64,000 nucleotides of DNA from Macrostomum hystrix. Taxonomy: Eukaryota > Animalia > Platyhelminthes. This document shows positions 1-12,700 of this stretch, piece after piece (the stretch's first letter is position 1; every line of letters begins with the position of its first letter). Position numbers and translations under genes: made by a program. Where the stretch lies: positions 4,092,001 to 4,156,000 of the forward strand of contig CATNEN010000030.1 in NCBI GenBank assembly GCA_950097015.1. Reading direction: 5' to 3'. The notes under the pieces are model-generated. The model saw only the letters and a program-made list of their open reading frames with translations, searched no databases and was not told the DNA's origin.

Positions 1-3000
1 GACACCTGCTTTGGCCGGTCTCTGGGTGCCTGGCCGCCTTCGCAATGGGCATTCAGAAATTAAAGCCTTTAATTCCTAAATACATAAATTCAGAAAGAGA
101 AAGCTAGCCTATATGACTTCAGGTAGAGAAAGCTAGACTATATGACTTCGGGTAGAGTAAGCTAGCCTATATGACTTCAGGTAGAGTAAGCTAGACTATA
201 TGACTTCAGGTAGAGAAAGCTAGCCTATATGACTTCAGGTAGAGAAAGCTAGACTATATGACTTCAGGTAGAGAAAGCTAGACTATATGACTTCAGGTAG
301 AGAAAGCTAGCCAATATGACTTCAGGTAGAGAAAGCTAGCCTACAAGACTTCAGGTAGAGAAAGCTAGCCAATATGACTTCAGGTAGAGAAAGCTAGCCA
401 ATATGACTTCAGGTAGAGAAAGCTAGCCTACAAGACTTCAGGTAGAGAAAGCTAGCCTACATGACTTCGGGTAGAGAAAGCTAGCCTATATGACTTCAGG
501 TAGAGAAAGCTAGCCTACATGACTTCAGGTAGAGAAAGCTAGACTATATGACTTCAGGTAGAGAAAGCTAGCCAATATGACTTCAGGTAGAGAAAGCTAG
601 CCAATATGACTTCAGGTAGAGAAAGCTAGACTATATGACTTCAGGTAGAGAAAGCTAGCCAATATGACTTCAGGTAGAGAAAGCTAGCCTACATTACTTC
701 AGGTAGAGAAAGCTAGCCAATATGACTTCAGGTAGAGTAAGCTAGACTATATGACTTCAGGTAGAGAAAGCTAGCCTATATGACTTCAGGTAGAGAAAGC
801 TAGACTATATGACTTCAGGTAGAGAAAGCTAGCCAATATGACTTCAGGTAGAGAAAGCTAGCCAATATGACTTCAGGTAGAGAAAGCTAGCCAATATGAC
901 TTCAGGTAGAGAAAGCTAGCCAATATGACTTCAGGTAGAGAAAGCTAGCCTATATGACTTCAGGTAGAGAAAGCTTGACTATATGACTTCAGGTAGAGAA
1001 AGCTAGCCTATATGACTTCAGGTAGAGAAAGCTAGCCTATATGACTTCAGGTAGAGAAAGCTAGCCTACATGACTTCAGGTAGAGAAAGCTAGACTATAT
1101 GACTTCGGGTAGAGAAAGCTAGCCAATATGACTTCAGGTAGAGAAAGCTAGACTATATGACTTCAGGTAGAGAAAGCTAGCCAATATGACTTCAGGTAGA
1201 GAAAGCTAGCCTACATTACTTCAAGTAGAGAAAGCTAGCCAATATGACTTCAGGTAGAGAAAGCTAGCCAATATGACTTCAGGTAGAGAAAGCTAGCCAA
1301 TATGACTTCAGGTAGAGAAAGCTAGACTATTTGACTTCAGGTAGAGAAAGCTAGCCTATATGACTTCAGGTAGAGAAAGCTAGACTATATGACTTCGGGT
1401 AGAGTAAGCTAGCCTATATGACTTTGGGTAGAGAAAGCTAGACTATATGACTTCGGGTAGAGAAAGCTAGCCTACATGACTTCAGGTAGAGAAAGCTAGC
1501 CTACATGACTTCAGGTAGAGAAAGCTAGACTATATGACTTCAGGTAGAGAAAGCTAGACTATATGACTTCAGGTAGAGAAAGCTAGCCAATATGACTTCA
1601 GGTAGAGAAAGCTAGCCTACAAGACTTCAGGTAGAGAAAGCTAGCCAATATGACTTCAGGTAGAGAAAGCTAGCCAATATGACTTCAGGTAGAGAAAGCT
1701 AGCCTACAAGACTTCAGGTAGAGAAAGCTAGCCTACATGACTTCGGGTAGAGAAAGCTAGACTATATGACTTCAGGTAGAGAAAGCTAGCCTACATGACT
1801 TCGGGTAGAGAAAGCTAGACTATATGACTTCAGGAAGAGAAAACTAGACTATATGACTTCAGGTAGAGAAAGCTAGCCTACATGACTTCAGGTAGAGAAA
1901 GCTAGACTATATGACTTCAGGTAGAGAAAGCTAGCCAATATGACTTCAGGTAGAGAAAGCTAGACTATATGACTTCAGGTAGAGAAAGCTAGCCAATATG
2001 ACTTCAGGTAGAGAAAGCTAGCCAATATGACTTCAGGTAGAGAAAGCTAGCCAATATGACTTCAGGTAGAGAAAACTAGACTATATGACTTCAGGTAGAG
2101 AAAGCTAGCCAATATGACTTCAGGTAGAGAAAACTAGACTATATGACTTCAGGTAGAGAAAGCTAGTCTACATGACTTCAGGTAGAGAAAGCTAGACTAT
2201 ATGACTTCAGGTAGAGAAAGCTAGCCAATATGACTTCAGGTAGAGAAAGCTAGCCTACAAGACTTCAGGTAGAGAAAGCTAGCCAATATGACTTCAGGTA
2301 GAGAAAGCTAGACTATATGACTTCAGGTAGAGAAAGCTAGCCAATATGACTTCAGGTAGAGAAAGCTAGCCTACAAGACTTCAGGTAGAGAAAGCTAGCC
2401 AATATGACTTCAGGTAGAGAAAGCTAGCCAATATGACTTCAGGTAGAGAAAGCTAGCCTACAAGACTTCAGGTAGAGAAAGCTAGACTATATGACTTCAG
2501 GTAGAGAAAGCTAGCCAATATGACTTCAGGTAGAGAAAGCTAGCCTACATTACTTCAGGTAGAGAAAGCTAGCCTATATGACTTCAGGTAGAGAAAGCTA
2601 GCCAATATGACTTCAGGTAGAGAAAGCTAGACTATTTGACTTCAGGTAGAGAAAGCTAGCCTATATGACTTCAGGTAGAGAAAGCTAGACTATATGACTT
2701 CGGGTAGAGTAAGCTAGCCTATATGACTTTGGGTAGAGAAAGCTAGACTATATGACTTCGGGTAGAGAAAGCTAGCCAATATGACTTCAGGTAGAGAAAG
2801 CTAGCCAATATGACTTCAGGTAGAGAAAGCTAGACTATATGACTTCAGGTAGAGAAAGCTAGCCTACATGACTTCGGGTAGAGAAAGCTAGACTATATGA
2901 CTTCGGGTAGAGAAAGCTAGCCTACATGACTTCAGGAAGAGAAAACTAGACTATATGACTTCAGGTAGAGAAAGCTAACCAATATGACTTCAGGTAGAGA

Positions 3001-6000
3001 AAGCTAGCCTACATGACTTCAGGTAGAGAAAACTAGACTATATGACTTCAGGTAGAGAAAGCTAGCCAATATGACTTCAGGTAGAGAAAACTAGACTATA
3101 TGACTTCAGGTAGAGAAAGCTAGCCTACATGACTTCAGGTAGAGAAAGCTAGACTATATGACTTCAGGTAGAGAAAGCTAGCCAATATGACTTCAGGTAG
3201 AGAAAGCTAGCCTACAAGACTTCAGGTAGAGAAAGCTAGCCAATATGACTTCAGGTAGAGAAAGCTAGCCAATATGACTTCAGGTAGAGAAAGCTAGCCT
3301 ACAAGACTTCAGGTAGAGAAAGCTAGCCTACTTGACTTCGGGTAGAGAAAGCTAGACTATATGACTTCAGGTAGAGAAAGCTAGCCTACATGACTTCGGG
3401 TAGAGAAAGCTAGACTATATGACTTCAGGAAGAGAAAACTAGACTATATGACTTCAGGTAGAGAAAGCTAGCCTACATGACTTCAGGTAGAGAAAACTAG
3501 ACTATATGACTTCAGGTAGAGAAAGCTAGCCAATATGACTTCAGGTAGAGAAAACTAGACTATATGACTTCAGGTAGAGAAAGCTAGCCTACATGACTTC
3601 AGGTAGAGAAAGCTAGACTATATGACTTCAGGTAGAGAAAGCTAGCCAATATGACTTCAGGTAGAGAAAGCTAGACTATATGACTTCAGGTAGAGAAAGC
3701 TAGCCAATATGACTTCAGGTAGAGAAAGCTAGCCAATATGACTTCAGGTAGAGAAAGCTAGCCAATATGACTTCAGGTAGAGAAAGCTAGCCTACATGAC
3801 TTCAGGTAGAGAAAGCTAGCCTACATGACTTCGGGTAGAGAAAGCTAGACTATATGACTTCAGGTAGAGAAAGCTAGCCTATATGACTTCAGGTAGAGAA
3901 AGCTAGCCTATATGACTTCGGGTAGAGAAAGCTAGCCTATATGACTTCAGGTAGAGAAAGCTAGACTATATGACTTCAGGTAGAGAAAGCTAGCCAATAT
4001 GACTTCAGGTAGAGAAAGCTAGCCTATATGACTTCAGGTAGAGAAAGCTAGCCTATATGACTTCGGGTAGAGAAAGCTAGCCTATATGACTTCAGGTAGA
4101 GAAAGCTAGCCTATATGACTTCAGGTAGAGAAAGCTAGCCTATATGACTTCGGGTAGAGAAAGCTAGCCTACATGACGTCAGGAAGGTGAAGCTAACCCT
4201 CATGACTTCAGGATGAGGACGATAGCAAGTCAGCAAACACTCACCAGCAAACTCGAGGTCCTGATACCAAACGAGTTTTCCAACGTAGGTGTCCATGAGT
4301 GCCACGGGAACACCCTGAAATCCTGATTTTTAAAGCAATCTGGCTGTAGGACGCGAAGTTGTCATTGTTGACTACGCCATAGCGAATTCAACCAAAAATT
4401 GAGTCTCGTGACAATGGGGTTAAACTGTTCACCTCTGATTTGATAGGCGATTCCGTTTGAAAGGCGGTCCCCATTTTCGTCAAGCTTCACACGCCCCTGA
4501 AATGCACAAGCATTCATTTATTGTTCACGCTAAAGTAGCTCGAGTCAGTGCTTTTTGTGCACAGCTCACAGTGAGGCCAATAAAGTCCAACGCCCTGATA
4601 TTCTTGAGAAGTTCGGCCTTAAATGGACTGCTCTCGAGATCCAGCGTTGTTGAGTAGGCGTACTTCATCAGCGTCTTGTTCAGCGCGATGGCTGCGGCGG
4701 CTACAGCGTCAGCTCGAGTGGCCAGGGCACTCATTGCGACGCTCTCGTTCACAAGGTACGGGTGCTGATTCAGGAAGCTTGCATAGAGACTGCCGATCGA
4801 CTGTTGACAAAGAGAGTGATGTCACACTATGCCATACAGTGATCTCACACTATGCCATACAGTGATGTCACACTATGCCATACAGTGATGTCACACTATG
4901 CCATACAGTGATGTCACACTATCCTAGAGAGTGATATCACAGAATCCCAGAGCGTGATGTCACACTATCCTAGAGAGTGATGTCACACTATCCCAGAGAG
5001 TGATGTCACACAATCCCAGAGAGTGATGTCACACAGTCCCAGAGAGCGATGTCACACTATCCCAGAGAGTGATGTCACACAATCCCAGAGAGTGATGTCA
5101 CACAGTCCCAGAGAGCGATGTCACACTATCCCAGAGAGTGATGTCACACAATCCCAGAGAGTGATGTCACACAGTCCCAGAGAGCGATGTCACACTATCC
5201 CAGAGAGTGATGTCACACAATCCCAGAGAGTGATGTCACACAATCCCGGATAGTGATGTCACACAATCCCGGATAGTGATGTCACAGAATCCCAGAGAGT
5301 GATGTCACACTATCCCAGAGAGTGATGTCACACTATCCCAGAGAGTGATGTCACACTATCCCAGAGAGTGATGTCACACAATCCCGGATAGTGATGTCAC
5401 ACAATCCCGGATAGTGATGTCACACAATCCCGGATAGTGATGTCACACAATCCCGGATAGTGATGTCACACAATCCCGGATAGTGATGTCACACAATCCC
5501 GGATAGTGATGTCACACAATCCCGGATAGTGATGTCAAGTTTATCAAACCAACGTTAGTTCTCTACTCAAGCTCCTTGAAGAAGTGTATCAATGTCTGAG
5601 AGCATAATGAGTCTCAAGTAAAAAAGCGAGTAAAGTCTGTCTCACTCGCTACGTGCCGAGTTACTTAACATTAAGTCTTACGAAGCCCAACGGGTGTAAT
5701 CTGGGATCACTGACTGCAAACAATTATCTTTCTGCTTTAGACCAAAACCTGTACGCCCGTACTGCAAGGGCACTAACAATTCGAGTTTTGAAAGTATTTT
5801 TACACAAAGTTTTCCTTGCAAATGAACAGACATTTTTATCGTAAAGTACAGGTCAGTCGCTTTACGCCGTAAGAAATTAGATCACCGTTCAATGCAGAGG
5901 TGAGGTTTTGCTTTAACGTTTGTTTTTTTAAGAGGAAAATGCAAAAAGAAAATATGGCTACATCTCAACGTCAATATTTTGAAAAAATTGATTAAAGTAA

Positions 6001-9000
6001 AGCGAAAACCCTTGCAACAGTAAATTTAATTTTATACAATATAACAAAGTGCACGCAAACTAAAAGAAAACAAAAAACATCGTTGTTTGACTCTCCATGA
6101 TCTTTATTCCGCTTAGTTGTAACCGCCTGATGGAACATCGGATAGCAGTCAAGATCCTGAGGGAATGGAGGATAGCAGCCAAGATCCTGAAGGAATGGAT
6201 GATAGCAGCCAAGATCCTAAAGGAATGGAGGATAGCAGCCAAGATCCTGAAGGAATGGATGATAGCAGTCAAGATCCTGAAGGAATGGAGGATAGCAGTC
6301 AAGATCCTGAGGGAATGGAGGATAGCAGTCAAGATCCCGAAGGAATGGAGGATAGCAGTCAAGATCCTGAGGGAATGGAGGATAGCAGTCAAGATCCCGA
6401 AGGAATGGAGGATAGCAGTCAAGATCCTGAAGGAATGGAGGATAGCAGCCAAGATCCTGAGGGAATGGAGGATAGCAGCCAAGATCCTGAAGGAATGGAG
6501 GATAGCAGTCAAGATCCTGAGGGAATGGAGGATAGCAGTCAAGATCCTGAAGGAATGGAGGATAGCAGTCAAGATCCTGAAGGAATGGAGGATAGCAGTC
6601 AAGATCCTGAGGGAATGGAGGATAGCAGTCAAGATCCTGAAGGAATGGAGGATAGCAGTCAAGATCTTGAAGGAATGGAGGATAGCAGTCAAGATCCTGA
6701 AGGAATGGAGGATAGCAGCCAAGATCCTGAAGGAATGGAGGATCAGTTCCTCAATCAGACACCAATCAGTTTCCATCGGGCGGAGAATCGAACTCTCAGC
6801 CTCTCTAACCACTGGGCTACAGTCCCCAGTAGACTACTGTATACCCTTCAAAACAGAAGCCATTCGGCTCTAGACTCACCACTTGGCCCAGTCCTGTCTC
6901 ATTGCCAGACACGACCATGTCGGAGGTGAAGTACAGCGAGCCCTCGGAGCCCTCAGCGAGCATCCGTCTGCTGCACGTGTCCAGGCCGTTGGGCCCGAAG
7001 GTTCGGGTGAAGCCCAGCTGGATCCAGAAGTAGCGCGGACCGACAGCGTTGTTCATCTTCAGCTGGAATGGCCGGTCACGTGCCCCAGGTATTGACAAGA
7101 GAAGAGAGGAGGAAGGAAGAGGAGGGTGAGATGGAGAGGTGGGTGAGGAGTAGAGATGGTGAGAAGGAGAGGTGGGTGAGGAGGAGAGGTGGGTGAGGAT
7201 TAGAGATGGGTAAGAAGGAGAGGTGGGTGAGGAGGAGAGATGGTTGAGGAGGAGAGGTGGGTGAGGAGGAGAGGTGGGTGAGGAGGAGAGGTGGGTAGGT
7301 GGGTGAGGAGGAGAGGTGGGTAGGTGGGTGAGGAGGAGAGGTGGGTAGGTGGGTGAGGAGGAGAGGTGGGTAGGTGGGTGAGAATGAGAGGTGGGTGAGG
7401 AGAAGAGGTGGGTGAGAAGGAGAGGTGGGTCAGGAGGAGAGGTGGGTGAGAAGGAGAGGTGGGTCAGGAGGAGAGGTGGGTGAGGAGGAGAGGTGGGTGA
7501 GGAGGGGAGGTGGGTGAGGAGGAGATATGGGTGATCAGCAGAGGAAGGGAAGCAGAGCATAATCTAACTGCTCGTAAACTAGCTGTTATGCAAGCTCACC
7601 AGACACTCAAATTTAATCCCGGTTTCAACGTTTCCGGCGCGAACAACGATAAAGATGCGAATGCCCATGTCCTGAAAGTTTTAGTAGTGCATGTTATATT
7701 CTTGGTACTTTTGAATTTTCTCTGAAATCAGACTACTCATCACTTTGAACTCGTCTACGAAGGTGGTATAATTTTTTTATATGGGTATGATACAGGAGTC
7801 ACACGAGTATGACCCATTTGACCTAGCTCTAGTCACATTGAATGGCTAAGTAAGCATTGCGGGATTGTAGTCTGTGAAATAGCGGTGAGTAGGCTAGGCG
7901 GTAGTTACCAACAGTCTTTTGAGAGCAGATAGCGGGTCCAGCTGGTAGATTGCTTTGCCAATAATGCTGATGTTATTTTTGGGTAGAAGCACCTCCAGCT
8001 GCTGAGTAATCTGGAAATGTTTTTAATTTTGAGTGCTAGATTTTTTTGAAAGTTACTCAATAAAGTTCAATCTACTGTTGATTGAATTTCAGGCGGCCTC
8101 ACAGCGTAAACCCCATCGTAGTCGCTGGAGAGCAGGCCCACATTGAACCAATTGTAGCGCTTGAGTATCCGGATCACTCCCATCAGGTAAAGACTGTTTG
8201 AAGTGCCGACACGTGAGAAGTACGGATAAAGCGACTTGTCAGCCAGAGCTGGTGACGTCACAGTTGCGGCTATCTGTGTTCGGTTGAGCAAACACTCTGC
8301 TCAAACAGCCCAGGATATTCTGGCACGTGACAAACAACTTACTTACTACAACTACTTATTAAAACTACTTATTACTACCAAAACTAGCTACCAGCTACTA
8401 GCAACTAAGTAGCTACCAAGTACTAGCTATCAAGTACTAGCTACCAAATACTATCTACCAAGAACTAGCTACCAAGAACTAGCTACCAAGAACTAGCTAC
8501 CAAATACTAGCTACCAAGAACTAGCTACCAAATACTAGCTACCAAGTACTAGCTACCAAGTACTAGCTACCAAGTACTAGCTACCAAGTACTAGCTACCA
8601 AGTACTAGCTACCAAGTACTAGCTACCAAGTACTAGCTACCAAGTACTAGCTACCAAGTACTAGCTAACAAGAACTAGCTACCTAATACTAGCTACCAAG
8701 TACTAGCTACCAAGAACTAGCTACCAAGAACTAGCTACCAAATACTAGCTACCAAGTACTAGCTACCAAGAACTAGCTACCTAATACTAGCTACCAAATG
8801 CTAGCTACAAAATACTAGCTACCAAATACTAGCTACCAAGAACTAGCTACAAAATACTAGCTACCAAATACTAGCTACCAAGAACTAGCTACCAAGAACT
8901 AGCGAAACCAAAAGATACTAAGAGCTGGACAAACTTGAACACATGGATAGCGATCGAGAAAAAGAACAACTCCGGCAACCTGTGGCAGGTAGTAGTAGGA

Positions 9001-9431
9001 ACCGGCAAGGTTGGAGAGCACCACTGCCTGGTTTGAGTAGGTCGGGCCGAAGAGCAGCGCCTTGTTAGGCGGGCTTAGGTAGCCATCATTGAATTTTCGC
9101 AGAGCGCTGCCCTGAAGTTCCTGACGACATGACAGGGACAAATATGAATGAAATCTCGTTGGAATTTCCTACAAACTAGGAAAAGCGGAATAAAGCTCAC
9201 CTGGTTAGCGCACTGGAAAGTGGTCTCAAGGCGGAATGTATAGTTGAAATTGGACTGAGCTGTCAAATTGTTCACATAGGCAATTGCGAAGGTGTAATAT
9301 TCTATGTCAAATCTAGCCGTGTCATTTACCGAGCAGACAACCAGAGTGTGCACGACAGTCCGATTGTCTACCTGAGCAAAAGCACCTGTGGCTGCCACTA
9401 GAAGAAAGAGCAGAAAAGTACTTGTCATCAT
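1..9431 (-). CDS. Class C GPCR of the GABA-B type (signal peptide plus Venus-flytrap/ANF-receptor ligand-binding domain); the 7TM part lies beyond the left edge
   Basis: Hand-built model with canonical GT-AG sites and consistent phase. Exons: 9431-9201, 9120-8980, 8273-8103, 8010-7909, 7671-7600, 7062-6880, 4800-4570, 4496-4433, 4322-4245, 37-<1. Translation: MMTSTFLLFLLVAATGAFAQ...LLFGPTYSNQAVVLSNLAGSYYYLPQ|IAATVTSPALADKSLYPYFSRV...LKRYNWFNVGLL...DMGIRIFIVV...GPRYFWIQLG...RADAVAAAAIALNKT...FIGLT|GRVKLDENGDR...WYQDLEFAGGQAPRDRPKQV. The motif order follows GABA-B receptor ectodomains, including the GG-x-P-x-D linker with no cysteine-rich domain. Confidence 0.85.
96..4185. repeat. 29-bp minisatellite, about 140 units, filling intron 9 of the GPCR gene
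   Basis: Unit GAGAAAGCTAGCCTATATGACTTCAGGTA with recurrent variants (GACTAT, CCAAT, CTAC). Confidence 0.98.
4812..5537. repeat. 23-bp minisatellite, about 31 units, in GPCR intron 6
   Basis: Unit GTGATGTCACACTATCCCAGAGA, grading from ...TATGCCATACA at the left to ...AATCCCGGATA at the right. Confidence 0.95.
6130..6745. repeat. 30-bp minisatellite, about 20 units, in GPCR intron 6
   Basis: Unit AAGATCCTGAAGGAATGGAGGATAGCAGTC; it generates spurious repetitive ORFs on both strands. Confidence 0.97.
7100..7545. repeat. Purine-rich GGA/GGT simple repeat in GPCR intron 5
   Basis: Imperfect (GGTGGGTGAGGAGGAGA)n. Confidence 0.9.
8384..8903. repeat. 14-bp minisatellite in GPCR intron 2
   Basis: Unit CTAGCTACCAAGTA (variants ...AAGAA, ...AAATA). 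Confidence 0.95.
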
Positions 9432-9715
9432 GACAAGCTTCGACTTCGGTGTAAATCCAAATCTCAAGATTTCTTGTGAACTTAAAAACAGTACTGTCCA
9501 ATCTGATGCTGAGAAGCACACTGTGATAAAATCGCTAAAATATGAGCTCCCAAAGCCTGAGTTGTCCTTGACACGTGAGTAGGCAAGGCTCTGATTGGCT
9601 GGTTGACTTTTAGCGAATTGGCAACGCGAAAAAAACGAGAGAGACAACATTGGATGGCTGAATTAATGATTTATAAGTGAAGACTAGTCTGCAAGCTCTG
9701 GTCTATTGTGAATAG

Positions 9716-12700
9716 AATGCCAGGCTGCTGATTAAAATGCCAAGCTGCTGATTGAAATACCAAGCTGATGATTGAAATGCCAAGCTGCTGATTGAAATGC
9801 CAAGCTGATGATTGAAATGCCAAGCTGATGATTGAAATGCCAAGCTGATGATTGAAATGCCAAGCTGATGATTGAAATGCCAAGCTGATGATTGAAATGC
9901 CAAGCTGCTGATTGAAATGCCAAGCTGATGATTGAAATGCCAAGCTGATGATTGAAATGCCAAGCTGATGATTGAAAGGCCAAGCTGATGATTGAAATGC
10001 CAAGCTGATGATTGAAATGCCAAGCTGCTGATTGAAATGCCAAGCTGATGATTGAAATGCCAAGCTGATGATTGAAATGCCAAGCTGATGATTGAAATGC
10101 CAAGCTGATGATTGAAATGCCAAGCTGATGATTGAAATGCCAAGCTGCTGATTGAAATGCCAAGCTGATGATTGAAATGCCAAGCTGATGATTGAAATGC
10201 CAAGCTGATGATTGAAATGCCAAGCTGCTGATTGAAATGCCAAGCTGATGATTGGAGTGCCAAGCTGATGATTGAAATGCCAAGCTGCTGATTGAAAGGC
10301 CAAGCTGATGATTGGAGTGCCAAGCTGCTGATTGGAGTGCCAAGCTGCTGATTAGAGTGCCAAGCTGCTGATTGGAGTGCCAAGCTGCTGATTGAAATGC
10401 CAAGCTGATGAATGAAAGGCCAAGCTGATGATTGAAAGGCCAAGCTGATGATTGAAATGCCAAGCTGATGATTGAAAGGCCAAGCTGATGATTGAAATGC
10501 CTAGCTGATGATTGAAATGCCAAGCTGATGATTGAAAGGCCAAGCTGCTGATTGAAATGCCAAGCTGATGATTGAAAGGCCAAGCTGCTGATTAGAGTGC
10601 CAAGCTGCTGATTGAAATGCCAAGCTGATGATTGGAGTGCCAAGCTGATGATTGAAATGCCAAGCTGCTGATTGAAATGCCAAGCTGATGATTGGAGTGC
10701 CAAGCTGATGATTGAAATGCCAAGCTGCTGATTGAAAGGCCAAGCTGATGATTGGAGTGCCAAGCTGCTGATTGGAGTGCCAAGCTGCTGATTAGAGTGC
10801 CAAGCTGCTGATTGGAGTGCCAAGCTGCTGATTGAAATGCCAAGCTGATGATTGAAAGGCCAAGCTGATGATTGAAAGGCCAAGCTGATGATTGAAATGC
10901 CAAGCTGATGATTGGAGTGCCAAGCTGATGATTGAAATGCCAAGCTGCTGATTGAAAGGCCAAGCTGATGATTGGAGTGCCAAGCTGATGATTGAAATGC
11001 CAAGCTGCTGATTGAAAGGCCAAGCTGATGATTAGAGTGCCAAGCTGATGATTGGAGTGCCAAGCTGCTGATTAGAGTGCCAAGCTGCTGATTGGAGTGC
11101 CAAGCTGCTGATTGAAATGCCAAGCTGATGATTGGAGTGCCAAGCTGCTGATTGGGGTGCCAAGCTGCTGATTGGGGTGCCAAGCTGCTGATTGGAGTGC
11201 CAAGCTGCTGATTGGAGTGCCAAGCTGCTGATTGGAGTGCCAAGCTGATGATTGAAATGCCAAGCTGATGATTGAAATGCCAAGCTGATGATTGAAAGGC
11301 CAAGCTGATGATTGAAATGCCAAGCTGCTGATTGAAATGCCAAGCTGCTGATTGGAGTGCCAAGCTGATGATTGAAATGCCAAGCTGATGATTGAAAGGC
11401 CAAGCTGATGATTGAAATGCCAAGCTGATGATTGAAATGCCAAGCTGCTGACTGAAATGCCAAGCTGCTGATTGAAATGCCAAGCTGCTGATTGGAGTGC
11501 CAAGCTGATGATTGAAAGGCCAAGCTGATGATTGAAATGCCAAGCTGATGATTGAAAGGCCAAGCTGATGATTGAAAGGCCAAGCTGATGATTGAAATGC
11601 CAAGCTGATGATTGAAAGGCCAAGCTGATGATTGAAATGCCAAGCTGATGATTGAAATGCCAAGCTGATGATTGAAAGGCCAAGCTGCTGATTGAAATGC
11701 CAAGCTGATGATTGAAAGGCCAAGCTGCTGATTAGAGTGCCAAGCTGCTGATTGAAATGCCAAGCTGATGATTGGAGTGCCAAGCTGCTGATTGAAAGGC
11801 CAAGCTGATGATTGGAGTGCCAAGCTGCTGATTGGAGTGCCAAGCTGATGATTGAAATGCCAAGCTGATGATTGAAATGCCAAGCTGATGATTGAAAGGC
11901 CAAGCTGATGATTGAAATGCCAAGCTGCTGATTGAAATGCCAAGCTGCTGATTGGAGTGCCAAGCTGATGATTGAAAGGCCAAGCTGATGATTGAAAGGC
12001 CAAGCTGATGATTGAAATGCCAAGCTGATGATTGAAATGCCAAGCTGCTGATTGAAATGCCAAGCTGCTGATTGAAATGCCAAGCTGCTGATTGGAGTGC
12101 CAAGCTGATGATTGAAAGGCCAAGCTGATGATTGAAATGCCAAGCTGATGATTGAAAGGCCAAGCTGATGATTGAAAGGCCAAGCTGATGATTGAAATGC
12201 CAAGCTGATGATTGAAAGGCCAAGCTGATGATTGAAATGCCAAGCTGATGATTGAAATGCTAAGCTGATGATTGAAAGGCCAAGCTGCTGATTGAAATGC
12301 CAAGCTGATGATTGAAAGGCCAAGCTGCTGATTAGAGTGCCAAGCTGCTGATTGAAATGCCAAGCTGATGATTGGAGTGCCAAGCTGCTGATTGAAAGGC
12401 CAAGCTGCTGATTGAAAGGCCAAGCTGATGATTGGAGTGCCAAGCTGCTGATTGGAGTGCCAAGCTGCTGATTAGAGTGCCAAGCTGCTGATTGGAGTGC
12501 CAAGCTGCTGATTGAAATGCCAAGCTGATGATTGAAAGGCCAAGCTGATGATTGAAAGGCCAAGCTGATGATTGAAATGCCAAGCTGATGATTGAAAGGC
12601 CAAGCTGATGATTGAAATGCCTAGCTGATGATTGAAATGCCAAGCTGATGATTGAAAGGCCAAGCTGCTGATTGAAATGCCAAGCTGATGATTGAAAGGC

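Noticed and set aside
6060-6929. (MEDSSQDPEG)n and sister ORFs
   Set aside because: A 30-bp array inside GPCR intron 6; open in several frames on both strands, which is typical of repeat artefacts.
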